Below are positions 11,741-21,468 of a stretch of DNA of 33,864 nucleotides, in pieces. Under the pieces are notes generated by a model. It saw only the letters and a list, made by a program, of their open reading frames with translations. It did no database searches and was not told where the DNA came from. The stretch covers positions 1-33,864 of the forward strand of contig NW_005434394.1 of NCBI RefSeq assembly GCF_000315625.1, read 5' to 3'. The first letter of the stretch is position 1, and each line of letters begins with the position of its first letter. This stretch comes from Guillardia theta CCMP2712. Lineage: Eukaryota > Protista > Cryptophyta. The translations under genes and the position numbers were made by a program.

Positions 11741-12020
11741 GTCCTACGACGTCCGTCCGGCCGTCCTCACCGCCCCCACCCCCCTCCCCCCCCTACCCCC
11801 CCCCCTGAATCCTCGCCTCTCCGGGCCGGGCCCGGCTCCTCCCATCCGGGCCCGGGGGCCCGTGGTATACGGTAGTACCGGCGGCGACGGTCGGACGGGC
11901 CCGGGAGGCCCGGCGATTCGGCTGTGAAGATGAGGGGGAGAGGCTTGCAGGGAGGCGGGCCGCTGTAGAGGTGTATGGAGAGCATGCAGTGCGGCTTCTG
12001 TTTTGCTGTCAACTCATTAC
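11741..12020 (+). pseudogene. Decayed sixth copy (F) of the orphan gene with internal deletion and GC-rich micro-insertions
   Basis: Retains colinear blocks cctctccg..ctcctcccatcc, ccgtggtatacgg, ggcgacgg, gggagg, cgattcggctgtgaaga, gagaggcttg.agggaggcggg, atggagagc and gtcaactcatt that match the CDS and 3' flank of the intact copies. Translates to PVVYG...AIRL*. Confidence 0.75.
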
Positions 12021-12391
12021 TAAGCCTTACACAGTCAGCTCATCATCGTCCTCCTACTCCTCATCCTCTTTCTTGTTCTTCTGCTTCCTCCAGTGTATAT
12101 TCAGCGGAGTCAGCTCATGCTGCTGCTTTCCCTCCCCATTCAACTTGCTTGAATCGATCTCCTCATTGATAGGAGGGGTGGGGGTACTGACTGCCGGACT
12201 TCTAACCTGAGGGGTGGACTATCAAATGTATCATCCAGGGGGTAGGGGTACCTACTTACAGGGTGGAGGGTCAGGAGTTTTTGACAGTCAGGTTCGGTAC
12301 TCCAAGGAGTTCCTCCCCAAGTTTACTACACAAGACTTTCCCTACATCACCCGCAGCAGACCTGACCCCACAGCACCCACGTCAGTCCGAC

Positions 12392-12712
12392 ATGCTCATG
12401 CTACAGCCTTCCTTCGATCTCCTCTCCCTCTTCCCCCTCTCCTCCCCCCTCTCCGCCTCCTCCCATCCCCTCCTCGACGACTCCAGCTCTGACGGCTCCG
12501 ACTCCGACTCCGACTCCGACCTCGCCGAGGTGCTGAGACCCTCGTCGCCTGTGTCAGCCAAGAGGATGAGCAGCGAGGAGGGGGCGAGGGACAGGAGGAG
12601 CGGGCCGTCGAGGGAGCGGCAGCTTGCGGCGCTGAGGCACTGCATCGAGCTTCTGGAGCGAGCAGAGCGGCCGGTGGTGTACGGGGCGACGGGGGAGGCG
12701 ATGCGGCTGTGA
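12392..12712 (+). CDS. Orphan 106-aa multicopy gene, copy B
   Basis: MLMLQPSFDLLSLFPLSSP...LAALRHCIELLERAERPVVYGATGEAMRL*. Same start, length and stop as the other copies; AATAAA at ~12796. Confidence 0.7.
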   Translation: MLMLQPSFDLLSLFPLSSPLSASSHPLLDDSSSDGSDSDSDSDLAEVLRPSSPVSAKRMSSEEGARDRRSGPSRERQLAALRHCIELLERAERPVVYGATGEAMRL

Positions 12713-13239
12713 AGAGGAGGAGAGGGTTGGAGGGAGGCGAGATGTAGAGAGGGTGTACAGAGGATGTAGATATAGAGCCACGAGCAAGATGTATGAATAA
12801 AAGACACGATCAATGGAGAGCGTGCGGCTGCTGTATTGTTGTCGACTCGCTGCTGCTACGGCCCTATTTGCCATCCCTACCATGACCTCCTGCAGATCTT
12901 TGGGTTCCCACTTCCGGCCGCGGCGCTCCTCCCCTGTGTTCATGTACGTCCGACTGACCTACACTCTAGCATGTGTAGACTTGAGCAGAGAGTGAGCGGA
13001 GGGTTCTGGAAGGGCTTCTGGTTCCGGGTATGGCGGCAATCGCAGGAAGGAACTTGAAGGGGTGTTGTTCGGATGAAAGGAGAAAGTGATGTTGCACCCG
13101 CGTGCAGTTGCAGCAGCAACCGAGAGCCTCCGACGGTGGTCGCAACTGATGACGTCGGAGACTCGCCAGTGGCACGAAGATCAACTTCGGCTCGAGGGAT
13201 CTAGAGTAGACTCGGTAGGACGCCGGTCGCCGATCAGCG

Positions 13240-13670
13240 AGCATCATTGATCGGGCCTACTGACACCGCCGGTCGCGGATTCGTCAGATCTGACCGTGTG
13301 AGTCACCGTGGCCTGCCGCGGCCGGGCCCGGCCGGGCCGGGCGCCGGCGCGGCCCGGCGGCCGGCGGGGGCCGGCCGCGGCCGCCGGGCCCGGCACTGAG
13401 GGCCTGAGCCCGGAGCCGCTGGCCAGTGGGCCGCCCGACGGCGACCGCGGCCGCAGTGACGCGGCGGCCCGGTCCGACTCCGCCGGGGAGTCGGGAGTCA
13501 CGGGCCTGGCCCAATTTCAAGTTTTCAAGTCGGACGGTCGGGCTGCCGAACCGTTGAACGGCCCTCAGCCTGACTCAGATCGGACCGGTGTGACTCACTG
13601 TCACAAGTCCCGGCCCGGAACTTGCCAAGCTCAACTTGACGGTTGGGAACTGAATCACCGGTGACCGGGC
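13240..13670. other. CCGG/GGCC-palindrome-rich GC island (others at ~2745-2840, ~23220-23400, ~25500-26050)
   Basis: Dense ccgggcccgg, ggccgcggcc, cagtgac/gtcac, gagtc and aagtt/aactt words. No coherent coding frame. Confidence 0.7.
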
Positions 13671-14075
13671 AGTCAAGACTTTGACTGCCTCATAATAGGA
13701 CATTTGGAAGTTCAACTTCCCTAGCCGTGTAGTAAGAAGTCAATGTACGGGTAGTAAAGCATAGGGTAGTAGCGGGGAGGAGGGCAAGAAGCGGATCTGA
13801 AATCTTAACTATAACGGGTGACTCAGTGAGGCGATTTTGGTTCCCTTGGATTATCCTAGAAGGGTGGGGGTACTAACTTGGGGTGCCAAACAGGGAGGGG
13901 TGATAGGCAAGAGTGTATCATCCATGGGGGTAGGGGTACCAACACAGTACGGTGTAGGGTGGAGGATGTAGGGACTGCTAGGAGTTAAACCCCCCAGCAC
14001 GTTTCACGCCTGAAGCCCCCGCCCTCTCCCTACATCACCCGCAGCAGACCTGACCCCACAGCACCCTCGTCGCAC

Positions 14076-14396
14076 ATGCTCATGCTGCAGCCTTCCTTCG
14101 ATCTCCTCTCCCTCTCCCCCCTCTCCTCCCCCCTCTCCGCCTCCTCCCATCCCCTCCTCGACGACTCCAGCTCCGACGGCTCCGACTCCGACTCCGACCT
14201 CGAGCTCGCCGAGGTGCTGAGACCCTCGTCGCCTGTGTCAGCCAAGAGGATGAGCAGCGAGGAGGGGGCGAGGGACAGGAGGAGCGGGCCGTCGAGGGAG
14301 CGGCAGCTTGCGGCGCTGAGGCACTGCATCGAGCTTCTGGAGCGAGCAGAGCGGCCGGTGGTGTACGGGGCGACGGGGGAGGCGATACGGCTGTGA
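14076..14396 (+). CDS. Orphan 106-aa multicopy gene, copy C
   Basis: MLMLQPSFDLLSLSPLSSPLSASSHPLLDDSSSDGSDSDSDLELAEVLRPSS...GEAIRL*, intact 321-nt ORF. Confidence 0.7.
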   Translation: MLMLQPSFDLLSLSPLSSPLSASSHPLLDDSSSDGSDSDSDLELAEVLRPSSPVSAKRMSSEEGARDRRSGPSRERQLAALRHCIELLERAERPVVYGATGEAIRL

Positions 14397-14849
14397 AGAG
14401 GAGGAGAGGCTTGGAGGGAGGCGGGATGTAGAGAGGGTGTACAGAGGATGTAGAGATAGGAGGTAAGAATGTGGAGGAGGCATACGATTAAAAGACAGTG
14501 TGAACTCAAAGTGAATACTTGCTGCCGCATCCGATTAATAGTAGGGGATTGCAAGAAGTCGGACTGCCAGTGATTGAGCGTCTCGGGTTCACACATAATG
14601 TTTTATCTTTGCTAGTTGAGCTTGTCGTTGAGAGGCTGGGATCCTACTTCTGTTTGGCACGACATACCCGATTACCAGCCGGATTTATCCCCTTGCCATC
14701 GGCTCGGCTTCTGAATGAACCGGCACGTAGATTAGACTCTTTCTATGAATCATGCCAATCAATGGAGCTCTTTTCAACATACGGTGGCGGCTGCTTCCTG
14801 GATCGAGCTTGCTGAACACAGCCTGTCGAGTCAAACTCACGACCATGAA

Positions 14850-15309
14850 TGATGTTGTACCCATGACATCGTTGCACTTGTAACGATGCGACAGCATCAT
14901 GCCGAAATAGCAAAAACTATAAGGGCAATATGAAGTTTTATGTGGAATACCTCAGGTACCGTGTCGGGTACATTTTGGTACTTCATCAGGCAAATACCGA
15001 CTGTCATGTGTACCATGCCCAACGTGGCAGGGCGCATCTTGTACGGTGGACCTGGCGGCTAGTCGTAAACTCAGTACATACGACAGGTAGAGTACTATGA
15101 GGATGAGACTTGACCGTACCATAGCAAGATCATTTACGACACTATTTAAGCTCAGAGAGGAGCGGACACCTTCGCTGCTCGTTTCCTCGCCACTCTTACA
15201 CATCAGTCCCTCATACGTTATCTTGCTCTGCTGATACATAAACAAATCTAGCTTCATTCTTCATTCTCCCAAGCACACCTTGCTACGTTGTGGAACAAGT
15301 CTCACATCA
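14850..15309 (+). repeat. 5' LTR
   Basis: Direct repeat of 22446-22905, with a single mismatch found by eye (G14890 vs A22486). TATA-like TATTTAA at 15143-15149. Confidence 0.97.
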
Positions 15310-15324
15310 GGTTAGAGCCTCGCG
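15310..15324 (+). promoter_or_regulatory. Primer-binding site, internal (half) initiator-tRNA-Met type
   Basis: GGTTAGAGCCTCGCG immediately after the LTR resembles the GGTTATG(A/G)GCCC PBS of Ty5/copia/Osser (anticodon-arm priming) but is one base shorter. Confidence 0.6.
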
Positions 15325-15331
15325 TTGAAGA

Positions 15332-16417
15332 ATGACGACAGCTTACCAACTAAACTGGCCTCCATCAAATGGCAACTCGATCCTTACAAGAGTTACACCA
15401 GAGAATGCAAGAACTGCCGCTCCAGCAATCGAAGAATTTATTCAAAGAGAGCTAAGCGGGAGATTCTTTGCATATCTCAACTCAGAAGGGAAAGAAGAGA
15501 AAATGCAAGCTTTCTTCGAGCACAACATTCCAATCTCAGAAGGATTATCAGTTGCAGAAAAAGAAGCCATTATCGTCAAGCGGAGAGAATTCGTGCAAAT
15601 AGCAGACCAAGCACTCATTCAAATTCTGTTTGCAATCTACGAAAATTGCAGCAGCAGAAAGAAAACCATAACGCGATATATGAAAGAGCAGCACAGCGAT
15701 TCCAACGCAGGGAAGTTTCACTTCGCCGCGATACGAGCGTGGAATGAATTTAAACAATTGGACCAACCGACTGAGTTGTCAAGCACGAAACAAACAACTC
15801 AAAGCTTGAAAGAACTCAACCAAGCACTAAAGTATGGAGGAGACTATACTACTTACGTCACCGATATTATTCGGATTCTTGAGAGATTCATGGAAAAAGG
15901 ACAGGACTGTGAACTCATCTTAGCCACTACCTGGGACCAGATCCAACAGGAATTGAAAAGTATCGATCGACACGGAGAACAAGGACAAATCGCAAAATGG
16001 ATTACCAACCAAATCCAACGAGCGTCAACCGAACCAACGTTCTACTACAACGAGAAACCCACCATTGAAAGCCTTCAACGATTTCACGAAGAACTCCTTC
16101 ATTTCACCAAACAAGGATCTACGAAAGACGGTAACGCAGTCCCAATCGTGCGCACTACCTACAGCCACCCTGGCTTCCCAAACAAACGGAAGGCGCCACA
16201 AGACGTAGATGGCACAAACCACAAGAAGAACAAGGTTTACCATACTACGGATCAAGGCGGTACCCAAGGGCAAGAATGTGCGATTTGCATTGAGTGCAAT
16301 TACCCCGCAAAGATCTACAAGAGTCACGGTACATCACAGCACGACAAGACTAAGATCGGCAAGAAATGGAAAAGAATTACCGGAGACCCAGTCAACGGAT
16401 TCCAGACTAAAGCCTGA
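15332..16417 (+). CDS. gag: Copia Gag (361 aa to the first in-frame TGA)
   Basis: First ORF after the PBS, helical and basic C-terminally, with a Cys/His cluster CAICIEC-x9-H-x4-H (16277-16342). The frame continues open past the TGA into pol. Confidence 0.8.
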   Translation: MTTAYQLNWPPSNGNSILTRVTPENARTAAPAIEEFIQRELSGRFFAYLNSEGKEEKMQAFFEHNIPISEGLSVAEKEAIIVKRREFVQIADQALIQILFAIYENCSSRKKTITRYMKEQHSDSNAGKFHFAAIRAWNEFKQLDQPTELSSTKQTTQSLKELNQALKYGGDYTTYVTDIIRILERFMEKGQDCELILATTWDQIQQELKSIDRHGEQGQIAKWITNQIQRASTEPTFYYNEKPTIESLQRFHEELLHFTKQGSTKDGNAVPIVRTTYSHPGFPNKRKAPQDVDGTNHKKNKVYHTTDQGGTQGQECAICIECNYPAKIYKSHGTSQHDKTKIGKKWKRITGDPVNGFQTKA

Positions 16418-18502
16418 AAAAAAAGAGAACAGCAAGCTACTCGAGCAGCCGCACAGCAAGTTGGGAACCAACTGCCGAACAAGGGCTCCGCGTACAACAA
16501 GCCCAAGTTTCAGGGGAAACCCAACGCAAAAAACTTTCGTCAGAAAAACCCCAACTGTTCCAATGAGAACAGCGGGAACTACCCAAAGTCAAAGTTCAAA
16601 AAGAACATGACGACTACGGGAGGCAATGATTTCATTGTGAATCTTGCTGAAGCGTTACAGCAGGTCGCAAAACGCGGCCATCATCTCGCTGAATCTAACG
16701 ATTACAGCACAGATGAGAAAAATGAAGAAGAACAAATTTCGGAAGGCGATGAAGAGGCTCCAACGCCTCCAAGACGCCTGAAAGAAACTGTCCGCAAGGC
16801 TGCCGCAAAAGGCAACAACGCTGCATCTTCATTCACTCAGGGTGCTAAAAACAACAGACATAAGAATAAATCTGAAAAAGATTACTCGAAATGTCTCGCT
16901 GCCCCACAACTACACAAGCGCAAAGAGATACCTTTTCAAACAGAGCAATTGGATGCGACTCTGTTTTCGAAAGTATCCACTCCATGGTTCCTAAAAGACA
17001 TGTTCGAGGTACCTAGACTCCTCATTAGGAATCTGGACCGACATAAAGTCTTCATGACCTGTAGATCAACACAGAACAAGCATTCGATGTTCGCTATCGT
17101 TGACTCAGGAGCCACCATCAGCGTCCTCTGCGACGCTAAGTGGATCCGAAAAAGATTTGCATACGAGAGCGAAATCACCGGAGTCGGTGGCCAGAAAGTC
17201 AACACATCCATGGGAGGCCTACTCGTAGGCAAGATGGAATCTGTCACCAACAAATCATATGCTTTCGCGACCCTTGCAACAATCATCCAAGACAAGAACG
17301 CTGCTGCAAATCTACTATCAATATGGAGAATTACGAACTCCAACAACACTGTTATTCATCATGGGAGCGTAACAAAAGGAACTCACGGTATCATCACTGC
17401 AAACAAGGATTTCATACCATTCTATTTTTGCCCTAAGACATATCTATGGTATGTCGAAATCAAACCGTCAGATGAACAAACTAATCGACTCTTCTCGTCA
17501 ACAAACTCAATACAATGGGACAAGAAATCCTTGCTACGAGAAATACAACAAGGAGAATTTCCTCTCAACTCTAAACCGCGATCAACAAACAAAAACACAG
17601 AAACTAAAACAGAACGCAAGTACCTACTACACCAAGGTATCGAACTTGAAAACTCTCGCAGATGGGGAGGGAACAAAGTGTACTACGAAGCTGCGAAAGC
17701 TTTCCAACCGACACCTATGAAATCCATACCCATAAGCATGCGGGACGTTCGTCAAGAATTAGAAGACATTACCTCGGAAGAATCTGTCGACAGCGAAACC
17801 GAAAGTGATCACTCCAGCTCAGAAGAAGAAAACCTTACTGAAGAGTCAAGGATAAGTGTAACACAAGATACTATCGACAAACAGACCAAGGACTACTTCA
17901 CAGATCCAAAATCGTTCGCAGATATTGATGACTTTACGAATACAACGATGGAAGAATTGGATGAAAATGACAAAGAATACGAGGAGCAACTAAAACACGA
18001 CAAGTCCGACCTCAAGGATATCTACCTCTATTCAACAGGAGAAAGAATACGAGGAACTAAAGCCTCAGCTATCCTCCTGAAATGGCATATCAAGACAAAT
18101 CATATCAACAAAAAATACCTATTCCAACTTGCCGACAGAATTGACGGGATGGAGGAACTGAGGAGACTCAGCAAAAAGACCCCACTACCAACTTGTCACA
18201 CTTGCCGCAGAGCAAAAAGCAAAGCGGCTGCATTACCGAAATTCAAAGAAAAGAGATCTGACAGCCGGTTCCATCGACTTCATGGAGATATGAGCACATA
18301 CCGACTAAGGTCCATCGAAGGAGCAAAATACCTGATGCTATGGAAAGACAGTTATAGCTCATTCAAAATGCCAGTCGGAATGTACAGCAAAAAAGGTTAC
18401 AGAAAATCTCTACGCCTAGTCACACGCAGATACAACAACGGGGTCTTCCCCAAAGTTGTACGCGTAGACAACGGCGGTGAGATGACGTCGAAAAATCTCT
18501 GA
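16418..18502 (+). CDS. pol: Copia Pol part 1: aspartic protease, acidic linker, integrase HHCC and first part of the catalytic core
   Basis: AIVDSGAT (D at 17102), KWHIKTNH...CHTCRRAK, RLHGD, LWKDSYS, VRVDNGGEM. Same frame as gag (16607-15332 is a multiple of 3, no stop in 16418-16606). Confidence 0.9.
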   Translation, partial: KKREQQATRAAAQQVGNQLPNKGSAYNKPKFQGKPNAKNFRQKNPNCSNENSGNYPKSKFKKNMTTTGGNDFIVNLAEALQQVAKRGHHLAESNDYSTDEKNEEEQISEGDEEAPTPPRRLKETVRKAAAKGNNAASSFTQGAKNNRHKNKSEKDYSKCLAAPQLHKRKEIPFQTEQLDATLFSKVSTPWFLKDMFEVPRLLIRNLDRHKVFMTCRSTQNKHSMFAIVDSGATISVLCDAKWIRKRFAYESEITGVGGQKVNTSMGGLLVGKMESVTNKSYAFATLATIIQDKNAAANLLSIWRITNSNNTVIHHGSVTKGTHGIITANKDFIPFYFCPKTYLWYVEIKPSDEQTNRLFSSTNSIQWDKKSLLREIQQGEFPLNSKPRSTNKNTETKTERKYLLHQGIELENSRRWGGNKVYYEAAKAFQPTPMKSIPISMRDVRQELEDITSEESVDSETESDHSSSEEENLTEESRISVTQDTIDKQTKDYFTDPKSFADIDDFTNTTMEELDENDKEYEEQLKHDKSDLKDIYLYSTGERIRGTKASAILLKWHIKTNHINKKYLFQLADRIDGMEELRRLSKKTPLPTCHTCRRAKSKAAALPKFKEKRSDSRFHRLHGDMSTYRLRSIEGAKYLMLWKDSYSSFKMPVGMYSKKGYRKSLRLVTRRYNNGVFPKVVRVDNGGEMTSKNL

Positions 18503-18504
18503 GA

Positions 18505-21468
18505 ATGTACGAAAAGAACAACATCTACCTGGAACGGGCTGCACCCTATGAGCACTGGCAGAATGGCAGAGCAGAATCTGGGATCTATTCATTAGACACC
18601 AGAACTCGACTCGCCATAATCCATTCCAATGTGCCGAAGAACCTGTGGCTCAACGCAATCTATTACAACGCTGAAATCGAAAATGCATTCTTACCTATGA
18701 GCAGAGGATCAGACATGAGCTGCTACGAAGCGTTCACAGGGAAAAGACCAAACGCGGAGAAATTTCACCCATTTGGATGCCTGTGCTATGTCCATGTGTT
18801 AAAAGACAGGAGATTAGCACAAGGAAGAGACAAAAAGCTAGGACCTACGGCAGAAGTCTGTGTATTCCTTGGATTCGCCCACCACCTAGGAATGAAAGGA
18901 TTCCTCGCAGCGTCTCTAAATGGCAAACAACTCTACGTCACAGAAAACAACATAAGCTTCAATGAAGAAGTGTTTCCTTATCGATTCTCACACCCTGAAG
19001 ATAAGACATGGAAAATACCATTCGGAGCTTGTAACGATTTCGGAGACGACAATGTCACCATACTCAATCGAGCAGGTGAACGGTTAACAGAGATGTCAGG
19101 ATCATCAGACTCAGAAGAAGAGATGATAGATAAGTCACATCACAGAAACCGACGTATGACAACAACTTACAAGAAATCACCGGCACCAACCTCCGATACG
19201 CTTCATCTTGAAGAAGACGATGACCTTCGACAGGACCCGAAAGTAATCGAGTTGGACACCTCGTTGGAGGTAGACAACCACTTGACAAGATCCTGCGAAC
19301 AAACATCAGTCGTCAGAGAAAGCGAAATAGAAGAAGAACCAGTCATCGATGAAGGATTATCATCCCTCAACAAAGAGCTGGCAAGCCTTCAAGTTGAGAC
19401 TCATAATAGCGGAGAAAAGGATTTCAGATGGGATTTAATCCCCGGAATACCTAAGAATCAACTACGGTCAGGGAAAATAGTCAACAAAGACACCGAACAA
19501 TCTGGTGACTCTGACAATGAATTACCTGGAGACCTAGAAGAATTCGCAACCTCCGACTATGTGAATAACATAGGCGTACCACACCAATTCCAGGCATCAT
19601 CGAAAATGCAATTCTGCGGTGTCATGGTCGATTGCTTCAACACGTCTAGACATACAACTGGGTGGTCACACGGACCAGCACAGAGAAATATCTACGACGA
19701 AAACCACTACAACCAAGAAATCGATACATTGATGTCATTCCTTCGAGAATGCAAGAAAGATGAGAAAAGAGAATACCGGATACAGCGGACACAGTTATTC
19801 TACACAGCCCTACTCACCGCAACGTCAGCCGTATCAACTGGAAAGGACGAACCTAGCATCAAGGAAGCCTTACATGCTACCAACCCAGAACGGAATCAAT
19901 GGATAGCAGCCATACAATCAGAGGCAAAATCATGGGAATCTTTGAAAGTTTTCGAACAAGTCGAAGAAATACCACAGGACAGAAAGAGCATTGGTTGCAG
20001 AATCATCTTAAAGCGAAAAAGGGGAGCGCAAGGAGAAATCCTCAAGTATAAAGCACGAGCCATTATCCAAGGATACAACGCAGTACAAGGCACCGATTAC
20101 CTGGACTCGTTCTCTGCCACAGCAAACCCCGTCACAATCAGACTTCTCTTGATTGTAGCTCGAGCAAAAGGATGGCGTATCCGCTGTCAAGATATACCTA
20201 CAGCATACCTCACAGCTTTCTTACCCACCGAAGTATACATCAGGACGCCGAAAGAATTCCAAGAGTTCTGCAACATCCATTCAAAATTCCTCAAGATACT
20301 CAAATCAGTATATGGTTTACCAAGCAGCGGGCGAAATTTCTGGAAGAAGCTATGTCAAGACCTTCGCGAATATGGCTTCACGCCATGTACAGCAGACGAT
20401 TGTCTCTTCTTGTATCGTGACAAACGAGGGGGAGAAATCATAGTCGCGCTGGTGGTCGATGACATAATTCAAGCAAGCAACGACGAAAATCTTTTCACAT
20501 CATTCGATGAATTCATGAACAACACAAAAAGATACAACACAACAACAGACAATGATCTGAGCTTCTATTTGGGAGTTGCCTACACCAAAGATTCAACCGA
20601 CAACCTTGTCAGCAATCAACAAGCTTACATCGAAAAGTGTTTGCACAGATTCAACCTAGATGGGATAGACCCAACAGGCAAAATCACAACCCCAATGGAC
20701 CCAAAGTTCACAATTGAACCAGAGGATATCGACGAACATGCACCTGAAGACCTTGTCAAGTTGTACAGAAGCCAAGTTGCTAGTTTGATCTACATCGCAG
20801 CATGGACACGACCCGAAATAAGCTACGCCGTATCACTGCTTTCCAGATACCTCACTTGTCCTACCAAGAAACTGTTAACGGCAGTACACAGAGTTTATGC
20901 TTACCTCAAAGGCACAAAAAACTTAGGGATCAGATATACTGATCAAGATAGCGCTGGACATGACAAGATGCACTTGATCGCCTATTGTGACAGTTCAGAC
21001 GCAGACTGCAAGATTACGAGCAGATCTACCGGCGGATATGTCATTTTCCTCAACGGAGTACCAGTATCATGGAAATCTGCAAGGCACAATATCGTTTCGT
21101 TATCCACCATGGAGAGCGAATACGTACAATGCACCTTGACAGCAATCGAGATTCTGTACTTACGTGAAACACTCGAATTCATGGGATACAAGCAGAAGAC
21201 AACCATATGCTATCAAGACAATGCTGCTTGCATCAAGTTGAGCGAGAATCCTGTGCACAAAAGTCGATCCAAACATATCAAACGACGCTGGCACTTTATC
21301 AGAGAATGCGTCGCAAGGAAAGAAATTACCTTGGAACCCATCAATACGAATGAACAGATAGCGGATATCTTCACGAAACCGTTACCTGTGGATCAATTCC
21401 TTTATTTAAGAGACCAACTCTTAAATATCCCTGAAAGCGAACGCTATCAGCGAAAGAACAAAAGATGA
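18505..21468 (+). CDS. pol: Copia Pol part 2: rest of integrase, reverse transcriptase, RNase H
   Basis: PYEHWQNGRAE, HPFGCLCYVH, CVFLGF...KGF, KYKARAIIQG, QDIPTAYL, KSVYGLPSSG, LVVDDI, YCDSSDA, SLSTMESEY, QDNAACI, KHIKRRWHFIRE, QIADIFTKPL. In the -1 frame relative to part 1. Confidence 0.95.
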   Translation: MYEKNNIYLERAAPYEHWQNGRAESGIYSLDTRTRLAIIHSNVPKNLWLNAIYYNAEIENAFLPMSRGSDMSCYEAFTGKRPNAEKFHPFGCLCYVHVLKDRRLAQGRDKKLGPTAEVCVFLGFAHHLGMKGFLAASLNGKQLYVTENNISFNEEVFPYRFSHPEDKTWKIPFGACNDFGDDNVTILNRAGERLTEMSGSSDSEEEMIDKSHHRNRRMTTTYKKSPAPTSDTLHLEEDDDLRQDPKVIELDTSLEVDNHLTRSCEQTSVVRESEIEEEPVIDEGLSSLNKELASLQVETHNSGEKDFRWDLIPGIPKNQLRSGKIVNKDTEQSGDSDNELPGDLEEFATSDYVNNIGVPHQFQASSKMQFCGVMVDCFNTSRHTTGWSHGPAQRNIYDENHYNQEIDTLMSFLRECKKDEKREYRIQRTQLFYTALLTATSAVSTGKDEPSIKEALHATNPERNQWIAAIQSEAKSWESLKVFEQVEEIPQDRKSIGCRIILKRKRGAQGEILKYKARAIIQGYNAVQGTDYLDSFSATANPVTIRLLLIVARAKGWRIRCQDIPTAYLTAFLPTEVYIRTPKEFQEFCNIHSKFLKILKSVYGLPSSGRNFWKKLCQDLREYGFTPCTADDCLFLYRDKRGGEIIVALVVDDIIQASNDENLFTSFDEFMNNTKRYNTTTDNDLSFYLGVAYTKDSTDNLVSNQQAYIEKCLHRFNLDGIDPTGKITTPMDPKFTIEPEDIDEHAPEDLVKLYRSQVASLIYIAAWTRPEISYAVSLLSRYLTCPTKKLLTAVHRVYAYLKGTKNLGIRYTDQDSAGHDKMHLIAYCDSSDADCKITSRSTGGYVIFLNGVPVSWKSARHNIVSLSTMESEYVQCTLTAIEILYLRETLEFMGYKQKTTICYQDNAACIKLSENPVHKSRSKHIKRRWHFIRECVARKEITLEPINTNEQIADIFTKPLPVDQFLYLRDQLLNIPESERYQRKNKR

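Noticed and set aside
10758-11927. 389-aa and 312-aa ORFs spanning the N gap
   Set aside because: Artefacts of reading through Ns.
12382-12813. Open antisense frames over the multicopy gene (MQCLSAASCRSLDGP...)
   Set aside because: Starts and stops vary among copies and substitutions are non-synonymous on that strand; the opposite strand has fixed boundaries and a poly(A) signal.
12830-13247. Possible minus-strand gene fragment (MNTGEERRGRKWEPKDLQEV...)
   Set aside because: Could not build a consistent exon chain or recognise a family.
13244-13664. Pro/Arg/Gly/Ala-rich ORFs in GC islands (also 25729-26133 and 2733-2945)
   Set aside because: Stop-poor because of extreme GC content; open in several frames on both strands.
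14519-14849. 98-aa ORF next to the LTR as a gene disrupted by the insertion
   Set aside because: Non-ATG start, no motifs, and no clear continuation after 22910.
14952-15257. 101-aa antisense ORF duplicated at 22548-22853
   Set aside because: Duplicated only because it lies in the LTR; no recognisable motifs and no independent coding evidence.
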